From positions 124,001-188,000 of the forward strand of contig NIVC01000797.1 in the NCBI GenBank assembly GCA_002269645.1: DNA of 64,000 bases, given 5' to 3'. The translations under genes and the position numbers were made by a program. This DNA comes from Macrostomum lignano (Eukaryota). The notes under the pieces are model-generated. The model was not told the DNA's origin, made no database searches, and saw only the letters and a program-made list of their open reading frames with translations. Positions within the stretch are counted from its first letter, which is position 1. Each line of letters opens with the position of its first letter. Of the stretch, positions 23,296 to 35,363 are shown one piece after another.

Positions 23296-25142
23296 TGCGG
23301 CTGCGGGTTTGCAATAATTTTGTGTTCACTTTATATGCTGGAATTGAATGCGGTTTTTAAAATGTGGTGCACTATAACTAAAACGACACCACAGTCAAAG
23401 TTCACGTCTACACACTTATGGAGACTAAACTTAAGTGGTTACCTGGATAATTTTCTCACAAATTTTTGATATTGTTTCCTATATAGACTAATACCGCAAT
23501 ATCTGTCAGGATAAAACCATTGAAAAAAGCCTGTGAAAACTTACAAGAATGAATGAAGACTTATATTAGAATACCGTCTGTGTAAAAGTTATAGCTCGCA
23601 GAGTTAATAAGTAGCTAGTTTAGAAATCGGCGGCTAGAGTGAGAGAGAGAGAATCTGCCATGAGTCTACCAGCTGCTATATATTTACGGACAACTGCAGT
23701 CTATCCACGTGGTTGAGGTGGGTTTAGACGAGGTAATGATCGATACACTGAATAAGCCTAATGCGCAGTTGGCAGAGCTGTATACGACTCGTAGAAGAAA
23801 CGAAACGACTTGGGACTTGAGTGGCCATTCCAATTCGCTACACAATTTATGATTGGCATAGCAGTTGGAAAGGCAGACATAGTCCATTGCAGCTGCAGCA
23901 GCTGGTTAGTCTAACGTATTTAATATTGAGCTGAGCGAATGAACGCGGACCTGGATTTTTCAGAGCCCTGGTAAGTTGAGCTACCAGAGCATGCAGGGGA
24001 TACGGCTACTCAATAATACTACCCTGGAGCAAAACTAGCTAGATTAAACTAGTCGCGAGTGGGGATCAAATCCAATACATGCCCAGAAGTATAAGACGCG
24101 CAATTAACAATTATGATTTGTACTTTTCTCTCTACAGCTAATTTGTGTTCCTCTGACATTATGTAAACATGTTTCTTGTCATCATTGAAATGTGTTCCAA
24201 ATGAGAAAAATTACATTGTATATGGACTCTATGTCATTCCTTGGTTTCCCGTCCAGATGTTTAACTTAAGACGTCCACCCTATTCAGGTACTATCTCTCA
24301 CGACCAGAGAGAGTTGATTAGATAGTAAGAAACCCGCACTTTGTAGAAAATAAAATGAGTCATTTAGCCTAAAAAGATTATGACGGACAAGCAGACCCCG
24401 TACCGTCTCTAATCGAAAGCATACAATAACCTCCAAAAACAGTTTAGAAGAGACTAACTTCTAGGTTGCTTTACGAAAAGACTTCACTAGTGGAAACTAG
24501 ACAAAATGATTACACAGTGTCACTATTACACGTATCTCCCTTGGCTTATCGTACAACACACGCTACACATTGTAATTCTAAAATCCTAGATCTGAAACTA
24601 ATATCAATTAAATTGACAGACTAATGCTTTTACAATCGGATCGATTTTCTATTAAATTATCTATACCTAACACTGATTAATTGACTCGTAAACATTCTCA
24701 TTCTCTAAGCTGCTTCAAACATAGAAATAAACAGTAAACCACTCTACTAAGAAATAAGTAGAACTAAACGAGTTATATTTAATTACTAGAAATGGTGTGC
24801 AGTTTTTTCTGCAGATAGAATATTTTAACAAATTTTCTGCAACACAACGGTGAAGAAACGAAGTAATTCTAGCCAGAAAAATTGAATTGAATTTTAAACT
24901 AGAAGTGATGCCGTTTGCTTAACATATATATATAAAATGTTTAATCAAAAAGTATACGGAAAAGATGTTCTAAAAGCATTTAGATAAACAGACAACTGTA
25001 ATTGTACTAGGAAAATGTCACAGCTAGGGCTATAGAAGATGGAATGCTAACGATAGTAAACTACAAGGGTTGTTAGCTCTCATATCAGTCATATAGTTTC
25101 AATTTCAATTCCACACTGCTTTCCAAGAACAATCGAGCAAAT

Positions 25143-25769
25143 TTAAACATGCATCGATCCGGTGAACTTCATGGATTTGATCTCTGGCTTTTCCAGGAAA
25201 GCGTGCAGATTCTTCCTGGCACCGAAGCTGGTGTAGAACGCCTTGACGTGGGGCGAGCTGTCCAGACAGGTCGGGCTCAGAGCGGTGAGCACGAGGAGCA
25301 CATCGAACACGATGTAGTCAGCCAGGGTCAGCTTGCCGAACAGCAGGTGAGCACTGTCTCCAGTCAGCTGCTTCTCAAACGGCTCCAGCTGGGCTGGAAT
25401 AGAGTCGATAAACGGCTGCTTGCCGGCCTCATAATTTTCGTAGATCATTCGCAAAAACTTCGTTCGAATGTCGATTGTCTGATCGATCCACATTTCAATT
25501 TGGGCCTGCTCGATGTTGTTGCTACCCATTAGGCCGTGCTCGCGGCCAAGGTAGCGAGCGATGGTGTGAGACTGAGATATTTTAGTCTTGCCATTGATCG
25601 TGAGCACTGGCAGCTGGCCAAATGGCGTTGTAGGCTTAAAGTCAGCCCAGGTGTCCTTAGTGATTAAGTTAAACTTGTACTTGATAGATTGGTCCTCCAA
25701 AATCAGACGGATCATGTTGCCCAGGCCTTTCACTGGGAAATAGGTCAGCTCGTAGGTGTTGCTGGACAT
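25143..25769 (-). CDS. Glutathione S-transferase, Pi-like (GST3), intronless, 208 aa; chimera of GST2 5' and GST4 3'
   Basis: Complete ORF. Residues 1 to about 130 match GST2; the sequence after PFEKQL matches GST4. Confidence 0.95.
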   Translation of the reverse strand: MSSNTYELTYFPVKGLGNMIRLILEDQSIKYKFNLITKDTWADFKPTTPFGQLPVLTINGKTKISQSHTIARYLGREHGLMGSNNIEQAQIEMWIDQTIDIRTKFLRMIYENYEAGKQPFIDSIPAQLEPFEKQLTGDSAHLLFGKLTLADYIVFDVLLVLTALSPTCLDSSPHVKAFYTSFGARKNLHAFLEKPEIKSMKFTGSMHV

Positions 25770-26547
25770 TGCGGCTGCGGGTTTGCATATATATATAAAT
25801 ATAATGGAAGAACTTCTACAGATGTTTTCTATGTCTGTATGCTATGTAAAGCGTAGCTGGGGATCAAGGGGGTGGCTTTAAAAGTGTTGAAAGGAGTCAA
25901 CAGAAATGGTCAGTTAATTGTTGTGGACATCCGGCATGACTTTTGTCTAGTTTTTAGGTGGCTTCATAGGATGGTTGGTGCACTATTGAAAACCAGAAAT
26001 CGACACCACAATCAAAGTTGGCGTCTAAAGTTTTATCGAGACTAAACTTGAGTGGATGCCTGGATCATGGTCTCTCAAATTTCTGCTTTTGTTTCCTACA
26101 TTGACTATACCTCAATATATCTCAGGGTGGCACCATTGAAAACTCTATCCAACGATAAAAACGCTAGTGAAAACTTACAAGAATGAAGACTTATTCTAAT
26201 ACCGTCTATTTATAAGTTAAAGAATTAGTGATAATAACCAGACAAATGAACTGAATCTAAAACCGGATATGATGCCGCATGCTTAAAATATGTATATAGT
26301 GTTGATTATAAAATGATACAAACTAAAATTGTTTATAAATGTTTATAAATAATGTAAATGTTTATAAATAAATAAACACACAACAGTTGTCATAATACAG
26401 CTAGAAAATAGTCATAATTAGGGTTATAGAAGATAGTAGAATGCTAACGATAGTGAACTACAATAGTTTTAAGCTCTCATATCAGCCGTATAGTTTCGAT
26501 TTCAATTGCAGACTGTTTAAAAAACATCATTAATAATCCTAGCCCAT

Positions 26548-27171
26548 TTAAAGATGCGGCGATCCGGTGAACTTCATGGACTTGATCTCTGGCTTTTCCA
26601 GGAAAGCGTACAGATTCTTCCTGGCACCGAAGCTGGTGTAGAACGCCTTGACGTGGGGCGAGCTGTCCAGACAGGTCGGGCTCAGAGCGGTGAGCACGTG
26701 AAGCACATCGAACACGATGTAGTCAGCCAGGGTCAGCTTGCCAAACAGCAGGTGAGCACTGTCTCCAGTCAGCTGCTTCTCAAACGGCGCCAATTCGGTC
26801 GGGATAGATTCAAGGAACGGCTTGAGTCCGTTCTCATAGTCGGTGTAGATCATTTTGGCGAATTTTTTGCGCAAATCGGCGCTCTGGTCGATCCACATTT
26901 CAATTTGGGCCTGCTCGATGTTGTTGCTACCCATCAGGCCGTGCTCGCGGCCAAGGTAGCGAGCGATGGTGTGAGACTGAGCAATCTGGGTCGATCCGTT
27001 AACAGTGAGCACTGGCACCTGGCCAAACGGTGTAGTCGGCTTTACCTGGGGCCAGTTCTCCCCTACCGGCTTGTACTCGTACGGGATGCCCTGATCCTCC
27101 AGGACAATGCGAACCATGTTACCGTAGCCCTTCACGGGAAAGTACATGAACTCGTATTTGTTGCCAGACAT
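26548..27171 (-). CDS. Glutathione S-transferase, Pi-like (GST4), no coding introns, 207 aa
   Basis: Starts at MSGNKYEFMYFPVKG (ATG 27171), where alignment with the paralogs begins; PFGQVP, QSHTIARYLGR, LTLADYIVFD. Confidence 0.93.
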   Translation of the reverse strand: MSGNKYEFMYFPVKGYGNMVRIVLEDQGIPYEYKPVGENWPQVKPTTPFGQVPVLTVNGSTQIAQSHTIARYLGREHGLMGSNNIEQAQIEMWIDQSADLRKKFAKMIYTDYENGLKPFLESIPTELAPFEKQLTGDSAHLLFGKLTLADYIVFDVLHVLTALSPTCLDSSPHVKAFYTSFGARKNLYAFLEKPEIKSMKFTGSPHL

Positions 27172-27491
27172 TTCTAGATTGCTTGTGTTCGTTAGTTTGT
27201 TTTGGTCTGAAATTGAAAGAAATGAAGAATAAAAAACTGTTGTGTAAACTTTCAAAATAAAGTATATTCTCATCAACATTAAAAAGGTCGCCGCCTTTGA
27301 GACTGCGCAGACTGCAAAGATTGGATGGATTGAAGCTCCCGCCCGGTTTTTCATTGTTTTGTTAAACCTTTTTTGAATATCAAAATGGTTGGCCAGGTGA
27401 TAGACGCTAGTCGAAACACACTGCTCACTGGGACGACTTTTCAATGTTGCTGAGTATATAATTAAACAATTTCATTTGTGATTAAACTGCC

Positions 27492-28179
27492 TGTAAAGAA
27501 TTCAAAAAAGTTTCAAGAGTTCAAAAAGCCCTTTTAGGGCCAGTTGACGCTACTGCTAGTAGTATATGAACTATTGCTCAAATATTGGCCGAAACCGTTT
27601 TAAAAATCTGGTCTGAACCAAGAATATATTGATTTGAACATACTTTCACTCGTACTTTACTGAATCACTAATGACATTGCTTAACTTAGTTATATTAATA
27701 AAACAAGTTTTAATAATGACCGTCTTATATATTTGAAACTTACAATAACACAGTTGAGAAGAGCAGATCGCTATGACAGACAGAGAGTGGCAGGAGAATT
27801 GTTACACTTGAGAAGGGTTTATATACAGTACAGAGAAGAAGGAAGGCTTCTATTAACACAACTGGATTTGCGGGGAGGTGAGTTGGATTGAACCGACCAC
27901 CCACCTCTCTCCACCGTCGGGACCACACCCCATGCCCGTCCCCCTGGTTTAAACCAGTTGAGGCACGGAGAAAGTACACGGAATTTTGTAAGAAAAAACC
28001 ACGACCGCGGGAGAGACTCTAGACCGGCTGTATGGCCACCTCAGAACGCCCAGCCAATGAGATATTTGAGCATCAACAGACCCTCTATTCTCTGTACGGA
28101 TAGGTAAATGAGTGTACCTAACCACACCCCACCCATCCACATATACAACAGCCAACCTCTCCACTCCGTCTCTCATACA
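27492..28179 (-). mobile_element. LTR-like block (TG...CA ends, internal TATA) upstream of GST4
   Basis: Ends TGTAAAGAA / TCTCATACA; minus-strand TATATAAA at 27825-27818; GC-richer than its flanks. No TSD found, so it could instead be an ordinary promoter region. Confidence 0.35.
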
Positions 28180-29276
28180 AACGACGTAGAATCAACGTTG
28201 TTCTTGCGTAGAAAACAGGCAGACGCGTGAATGACACGCTGCTACTTGAATTAGCACTCAGTCAGTCGCTTCAATTCAATCCAGGGCAAGAGTAAGACCC
28301 ACCACAAGTCGTACGAACAATGCAAGCTTCCATTTAAAGAACTAATTCTACTTTTTTGTTAAACTTTGATTATCGATTATTTCCATCGATTATCTTCACT
28401 TAACTGGTTAACAGCACAGTGAATGACAAGAGACTAGCACACCCAGTCCCGTTTTTGGGGCTTGCTTGAACTGAATGTATAGGCATAGAAGCATGGGGAT
28501 GCGAGGGTTTTTTAGCTTCGAATTGAGTTTTGACTAGCAACCTGCGCCCCCCCCCCCGTTGGGGAGGCAACAAAGAAAGAAAGAATGTTGAGAATAAGTA
28601 TGTAGGTTTTGACCTTGTACAGTCACTGATGTTAATCTTTAAGGGAAATTATGTTTAAAGCAAAAAATCACCAGCCCTGAAAGCCTAAGATATCAGCATC
28701 TGAACAACCCCCGATGAGAAATTTCAACAATGCCACCATGAGCATCGACATCTCAGAAATTCCCCCAAGCGTCGATTCTTTTCTGGTTGAATTCCTTCAT
28801 CATAGCATTTCAGCAAATCCTCATGAGCTTTTACATTGAGCTTTACATTCAATTTGAGCCCTAAAAATCAAGGTTTAAAAAATGTTTAAAAAACTTTTCA
28901 TTCGAAAAAAAGTTTTCTCAAAATTATAAAATTTCGCAAAGTATAGCCTTCCAAACCTTATTATACTACTATAACAGGCAAGGTAAAAGTAGGCACATAA
29001 GAAAAAGCCAACAAGATAGAACAAAAAACTGAATTATCTGACCATGTTGACTTTACCAAACAAAACTGCTTTTACACATTTTACGTTTTTCGTTTACACT
29101 ATAAGTGAGAGTTGAAGTAACGCACAGTCACGCAAAAGTCTGTGACAAAGTTATCTTCTAAACAAATATGTCTTGGTCCAGTTACAGCAACGTGCAAGCC
29201 AATTTAACGGCGTATTCGTAGATCATCGCAATATGCAACAATTCTTTACGGAATGTTGTTATTCTTCATCAAAGCA

Positions 29277-30310
29277 TGACAGTAACCTCATACCCTGAAG
29301 CAACCAAGGACAGTAGCCTCATACCCTGAAGCGATTAAGGACAGTAGCCTCATACCCTGAAGCAACTAAGGACAGTAGCCTCATACCCTGAAGTGATTTA
29401 TGACAGTAACCTCATACCCTGAAGCAACCAAGGACAGAAGCCTCATACCCTGAAGCGATTAAGGACAGTAGCCTCACACCCTGAAGCAACTAAGGACAGT
29501 AGCCTCATACCCTGAAGCGATTAAGGACAGTAGCCTCATACCCTGAAGCGATTAAGGACAGTAGCCTCATACCCTGAAGCAATTTATGACAGTAACCTCA
29601 TACCCTGAAGCAACAAAGGACAGTAGCCTCATACCCTGAAGCAACTAAGGACAGTAGCCTCACACCCTGAAGCAACTAAGGACAGTAGCCTCATACCCTG
29701 AAGCGATTAAGGACAGTAACCTCGTACCCTGAAGCAACTAAGGACAGTAGCCTCATACCCTGAAGCGATTTATGACAGTAACCTCATACCCTGAAGCAAC
29801 CAAGGACAGTAGCCTCATACCCTGAAGCGATTAAGGACAGTAGCCTCATACCCTGAAGCAACCAAGGACAGTAGCCTCATACCCTGAAGCGATTAAGGAC
29901 AGTAGCCTCATACCCTGAAGCAACTAAGGACAGTAGCCTCATACCTGAAGCGATTAAGGACAAAAGCCTCACACCCTGAAGCGATTAAGGACAGAAGCCT
30001 CACACCCTGAAGCAACTAAGGACAGTAGCCTCATACCCTGAAGCGATTAAGGACAGAAGCCTCACACCCTGAAGCAACTAAGGACAGTAGCCTCATACCC
30101 TGAAGCGATTAAGGACAGAAGCCTCATACCCTGAAGCAACTAAGGACAGTAGCCTCATACCCTGAAGCAACTAATGACAGTAGCCTCACACCCTGAAGCA
30201 ACTAAGGACAGTAGCCTCATACCCTGAAGCAACTAATGACAGTAGCCTCACACCCTGAAGCAACTAAGGACAGTAGCCTCATACCCTGAAGCGATTAAGG
30301 ACAGAAGCGA
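29277..30310. repeat. 31-bp minisatellite (AGGACAGTAGCCTCATACCCTGAAGC[AACT/GATT]A)
   Basis: About 33 direct copies, often alternating two variants. Confidence 0.97.
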
Positions 30311-30771
30311 TATCATTGCAGAAAATCCAGCTAAACAAGTTTTTGATAAACTTATTTATGTTAACTAGGAGATTTGACACAGCTGATTAGTAACAGAATT
30401 TGCAAAGTTAAGACAAACTGACACGGATACCACAAGCTTTAATGAAATGAATTCATAGTTTAAACAGATTTATAAACACAGGGTTTTGTGTCCGTGTGAA
30501 ATTAGGTCCTGTCTTATCTTCAACCAATTTCACATTATACTTATACTGTAAATAAAAATAATACCTGTGTTCAGTATCAATCAAAACATGTGCCAAGAAA
30601 AACGGTGGGTGGTCGAAAGTTAATGCAACATATCATAGATCAATTATTGTATTTAATATCATAATTTTAAATGCAAACAAAAGTGCAGGATAAGGCATTG
30701 AGGATACTATACTATAATTGGCTTGGCCAAAATCCTGATGCAACGAAGCGCGATTAATGACAGTAGGCTTG

Positions 30772-31247
30772 GAGGGGAATTGCTGAGATGTCAAGGCTTA
30801 CAGGGGGAATTGCTGAGATGTCAAGGCTTACAGGGGAATTGCTGAGATGTCAAGATGTCAAGACTTACAGGGGGAATTGCTGAGATTTCAAGGCTTACAG
30901 GGGGAATTGCTGAGATGTCAAGGCTTACAGGGGAATTGCTGAGATTTCAAGGCTTACAGGGGGAATTGCTGAGATGTCAAGGCTTACAGGGGAATTGCTG
31001 AGATTTCAAGGCTTACAGGGCGAATTGCTGAGATGTCAAGACTTACAGGGGGAATTGCTGAGATTTCAAGGCTTACAGGGGGAATTGCTGAGATGTCAAG
31101 GCTTACAGGGGAATTGCTGAGATTTCAAGGCTTACAGGGCGAATTGCTGAGATGTCAAGGCTTACAGGGGGAATTGCTGAGATTTCAAGGCTTGGGAATT
31201 GCTGAAATGTCAAAGCTTACAAGAGGAATTGCTGAGATTTCAAGGCC
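30772..31247. repeat. 29-30 bp minisatellite (GGGGAATTGCTGAGAT[G/T]TCAAGGCTTACA)
   Basis: About 16 direct copies. Confidence 0.96.
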
Positions 31248-32589
31248 AAGAGGATCCACATAAATAATTTTGTCCCTTGCTTATTGGCCACTTCAAAGGG
31301 GGCACTACTCGTAGATGGCAAGTATAGACCTATATATATGTTCAATTATAAGCTAAAAGTTATATATCAAGGTTAGTTATAACATTTATCATTTTCAATT
31401 TTAAATTATTAATAATCTTCTAAAAAATAAATATTTGGGACTATTTTATAAGTATTTTGGATACCTTAACAATCCAAAACTCAATTTATAAGCAATTCTA
31501 TGACTTTGGTCCAGAAACTATTGAATGCCCCTTGTACAATTGAAAGAAATTTTTAGTAAAAGCAAAAACTCTAATTTTTATCTAGTTTCAATATAAATGC
31601 CTTTTTATAGCCTAAAACCAATAATTAAAATAGAGAAAAGAGGGGTTAAGATAAAGAGATTCTTTAAAATACAATGGTTTAATATAACAGTTTATTTAAA
31701 CTAAAATTATTTATAAAATTATTATAAAATTATTTATATTAAACTTATATAATAGATTAATTTTACAAAATGACTATAACATTTTTATTAATAAATAAGT
31801 TTAGTGATTCAGTCACTTGGGGCCTAGTGCATTTTAGAACCAAGATTTTAATATACATTTGCATTGCATATTAGATTTTTATTAGCTATATATTGCATAT
31901 ATTTGCATAGTCAAGGGGGATTCTGAGGATTTACTAAAATAGTTTGTAGCAGTTATTACATATTAGTATTATTACTGTTGTACTCTTTCCTTTGTTGCCT
32001 TTCTTATCAACCATAGACAACATTGTGCTTGGTTAGAAAGCTTTTGTAAAAGCCAAGAAATGTACTCATCTTAGAGTGCATTAATAAAAACAACTTAATA
32101 GTAATCAGCTACAAGTTAAATAAAATTTTATTCCCCAAGTCTAAGCTTTCATTTCATTATGTTATTTATAATATATATTTTATTTAATAAATATATTGAT
32201 TAATATTTAACATTTTATTATTCATTTATTTTGCTTGTTTATTCTAAGCAAATACTTAATAACAAACACTTATTGCTTACACCTTACTTATAGGATAACT
32301 TCAAAACAATCTGCATAAAAATAAAGCAATTTGAAAGTTTTATTCACAGAATACACCAGAATGCTAAATCAAGCTCCCTGCGAAAAATTTTTGAGGCAAA
32401 AACTATTTGCTAGCTACCCTACTTCTAAGGTGAAGTGATTTGAAAGTAGTGCTGGCTTTTTTCATCAACCTGAGTGTATTGAGATTGATTTTGCCATAGA
32501 CAATGTTTTTCCCTTGTCTTTCTATCTATCTATCCTATCTATTTGATGCCTAGTGTATAATAACTCAGCTTAGTTGCCTGTGTTCCTTA

Positions 32590-33150
32590 GATTTATACCC
32601 TTTTTGGCCACTCCAAATAAATTGATGGTCCAAGATGCAAAGAATGGGTGCGCCAACTCTACAGAGCCGACCTGCTTGGCAAAGCCAACGAGCACAAGTG
32701 GGCATGTGCCATCATGTGCAGCCTCCACTTCACTGACGAAATGTACAGTTGCCCAAGACTTTGCCAAAAGCCGGGCACGCAACTAGTGACTATGGCATTT
32801 CCTGCTAGAAATCTGTACAAAGCAATTCCACCAGTCCTGCAATGAAAATCTCTGACTGTCCGAGGTGAACCTTTAGACATGTCTCCAAGAAAGGATGCTC
32901 TGCCAACTACTGTGCCCTTACCCAAGCCTACCAGTCAAAGAGTTGTGACCATGCAGCAGCTAAGGCAGAAACTCAAGGCTGAGAGAAACACTTCAGCATG
33001 ACTGAGATGCCAAAATGATACTCTAAATGGTGATGCGCCACTTCAAGTTTGACTGCTACCAGGCTTAGAAATCTGGCCCAGCACAACTGCGTCTGTGCTC
33101 AGATTGCAAGCATGAGTGAAAGGGCTTACGGCTTCTATCAAGAATGACAA
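32590..33150 (+). pseudogene. Degraded THAP-domain / P-element-type transposase fragment
   Basis: PRCKEWVRQLYRADL...MCSLHFTDEMY...KAIPP fits THAP (W, CSxHF, AVPT-like). It is followed by a coiled-coil-like QQLRQKLKAER and by SERAYGF. Stops and frameshifts interrupt it. Confidence 0.6.
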
Positions 33151-33954
33151 TTAGACAAAAAATCTAATTAGACGAAAGCTGTTGCTACAGCTGCAAATAT
33201 ACAATTGGGACCTTCTGTCCATAAAAATGTTCCCCCTTGAATGGACATACAAAAAGGTGACTACTTCTCTAATTTCAGTACTACAAATCTCTTATTCACC
33301 TCAGGAGTAGTGTCTATGGTTTTATATTTCGGCTTTCAATTTGGAAGCTGATTGAGCATTCTGGTATATTCTATGGTTTTATTCTTTTGTTCAATAAAAA
33401 TTTGGTTAAACAATTTTGTTAGATAAGTCCCTTCTTTTGCCTTAGTTTCAATAAGGGACCTATTTATATTGATACAGCACCATAGTAAAGAAGATGGCCT
33501 TTTTTATAGAAATTCTAGCACAAAAGGGGGTTGAACATGCACTGCGCTATGTAACAATAAGGCAAGGTAGGCCTAGAAAAATCTGGCATAGTATGGCATA
33601 AGACAAAAAATTGGCACAATTTGGTGCAATGTAAAAATTTCTGAGGAGACAAGATTTTCTTTGACAGAAAATTAACATGTAATTTTTTTATTACCACTTT
33701 TTATTTGCTAGTAAATTAATAGCTTTTTAATTACTTTATGTTAACATTGCACTTTCAATGAAACAGATTCAAATACAAGTTTTACTAGTATTTCTCAAAT
33801 GGAAAATTACTGATTTCTGCATTTTTTCAAAAAGTTGTAGTATATGGCATGAGCAATTTTTTTGATAGGAATAGTTCCAGTGCATAGCGCAAGCCAACTT
33901 TTTTATAGGATTTATTATAGTGCACAGCGTAATCAAACTTTTTTGATAGGATTC

Positions 33955-35363
33955 CCACACTCAGGAAGATGTACATTATGGCGGAAAATTCTGGCGCACA
34001 TCAACGAAAAATATGCACAAAGTGGTGCACACGGCGCACAACAAAGGCTTAGCAGCCATAGTCAGGAAGGTGGCAAGTGCACGCGGGAATCAATTTATGG
34101 AAAAATCCTTGGTGCATGCCAATGTACGCCAATTTTTTAAAACCCTTAACATGACGTTTCTGTTGCATGCCAAAAATCTTGAATACCAAAAATCATGTAT
34201 GCTGAAAATTGTGTATACCAAAATCCTGTATGCCAAAAGTGGTTACACCATCTGTTTACCCTACAGTAAATTGTAAAAAAAAATTGTCGATAGACTATTT
34301 ATTCTACGTTGACAATGTATTTGCATTTTTGATTTGAATATTAACCGTATTAGATACTATTTTTAAATAAATTTTCTACTTATGTTAAACAAAGTTTATA
34401 TAAAAAAGGAAATTCGCTACAAAGAACATAGAACAAAGAACAAAGAACAAAGAACAAAGAACAAAAACTTTTTCTTCACATTTCAAGAAACAAATAAACT
34501 AAAAGTCTACAAGAGTCACAAAACAAGAGCATTTAAAAGTTACTGGATATTTTAATTTTAATGTAGGCTGTAGAGTGTAGGCCTGGCTGTAGGCTAGGCT
34601 GTAGCCTCAACTAGTTGGTTTAATCAATATTCAAATTCAATTGTTCACGTTTAACTTTATATATTGTATATATATAGTGTATACATCTATATCTGACTTG
34701 TTGATATACTGTCAGTTTGTAATTGCACGCCAAGGTTATACGCCAAGTAAAAAACTTGTATGCTGAAAATTTAGGCATGGCTTGAGACCTCTATTTACAC
34801 GCCAAAATTTTAGTGTGGCTTGTGCACGCGGGAAAATTCCCGCGTGCAGGCCACCTTCCTGAGTATGGCTTAGCAGAAGTTTTTAGCACACAGTGGCGCA
34901 TAGCAAAACATTATCAGAAAATTTAGCTCACAATGAGTCACCTAAATGTATAATCTGCATATGCAGTGCGTAAAATATGCTTTAAGATTACATTTTTTCC
35001 AAGCATATCAATAAAAAATTGTTGTTTCTTGGTAAGTGAAACGAATAATAAAATTCAAAATGAGATTTTATTGTAAAGTTAAAGCTATTTCTTTTGAGAA
35101 TTTTCTACGTGAGCTAAAAAAAGCAAAAGTTTTGAGTAAAAAAAGCCTACATGAGGTATGAAAATTTATCCGTTTTTTAGTTTTGTTTTGATTGGACTTT
35201 ACTGAGTTTTTAGTGCTACAACGCATTAGTTAGCTATGTATTTGTCAATAAAGAAATGTATACCTTGGCGCACAAATTCATATTTTAGCTTCGCGCACAG
35301 CGCACATTCCAAAAATATGCTGAAATATGTTCCCACACACACGTGACATCTTCCTGAGTGTGG
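33955..35363. mobile_element. Non-autonomous TIR element (outer), TIR CCACACTCAGGAAGATGT, 8-bp TSD TAGGATTC
   Basis: 18-bp perfect TIR at 33955-33972 and 35346-35363; TSD at 33947-33954 and 35364-35371. Confidence 0.88.
34056..34868. mobile_element. Non-autonomous TIR element (inner, nested), TIR CCATA[G/C]TCAGGAAGGTGGC...TGCACGCGGGAAT, 8-bp TSD CTTAGCAG
   Basis: About 34-bp imperfect TIR; TSD at 34048-34055 and 34869-34876. Confidence 0.88.

Noticed and set aside
24217-24570. Solo LTR inside the GST2-GST3 spacer
   Set aside because: A TGTA start is present, but no CA end with a matching TSD could be defined.
18740-27177. Plus-strand ORFs antisense to the GSTs (and those antisense to MNS1 at 53278-56065)
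   Set aside because: These are shadow ORFs of GC-rich coding sequence with no recognisable motifs.
27172-27444. 91-aa N-terminal extension of GST4 in the ORF track
   Set aside because: It has no similarity to the paralogs, is AT-rich, and a good splice acceptor lies at 27207; it is most likely intron or UTR.
19430-28270. Antioxidant response elements upstream of the GSTs (TGACTTTTGC, TGCTGAGTAT, TGACTGAGTGC)
   Set aside because: None matches TGACnnnGC exactly; near-matches are expected by chance.
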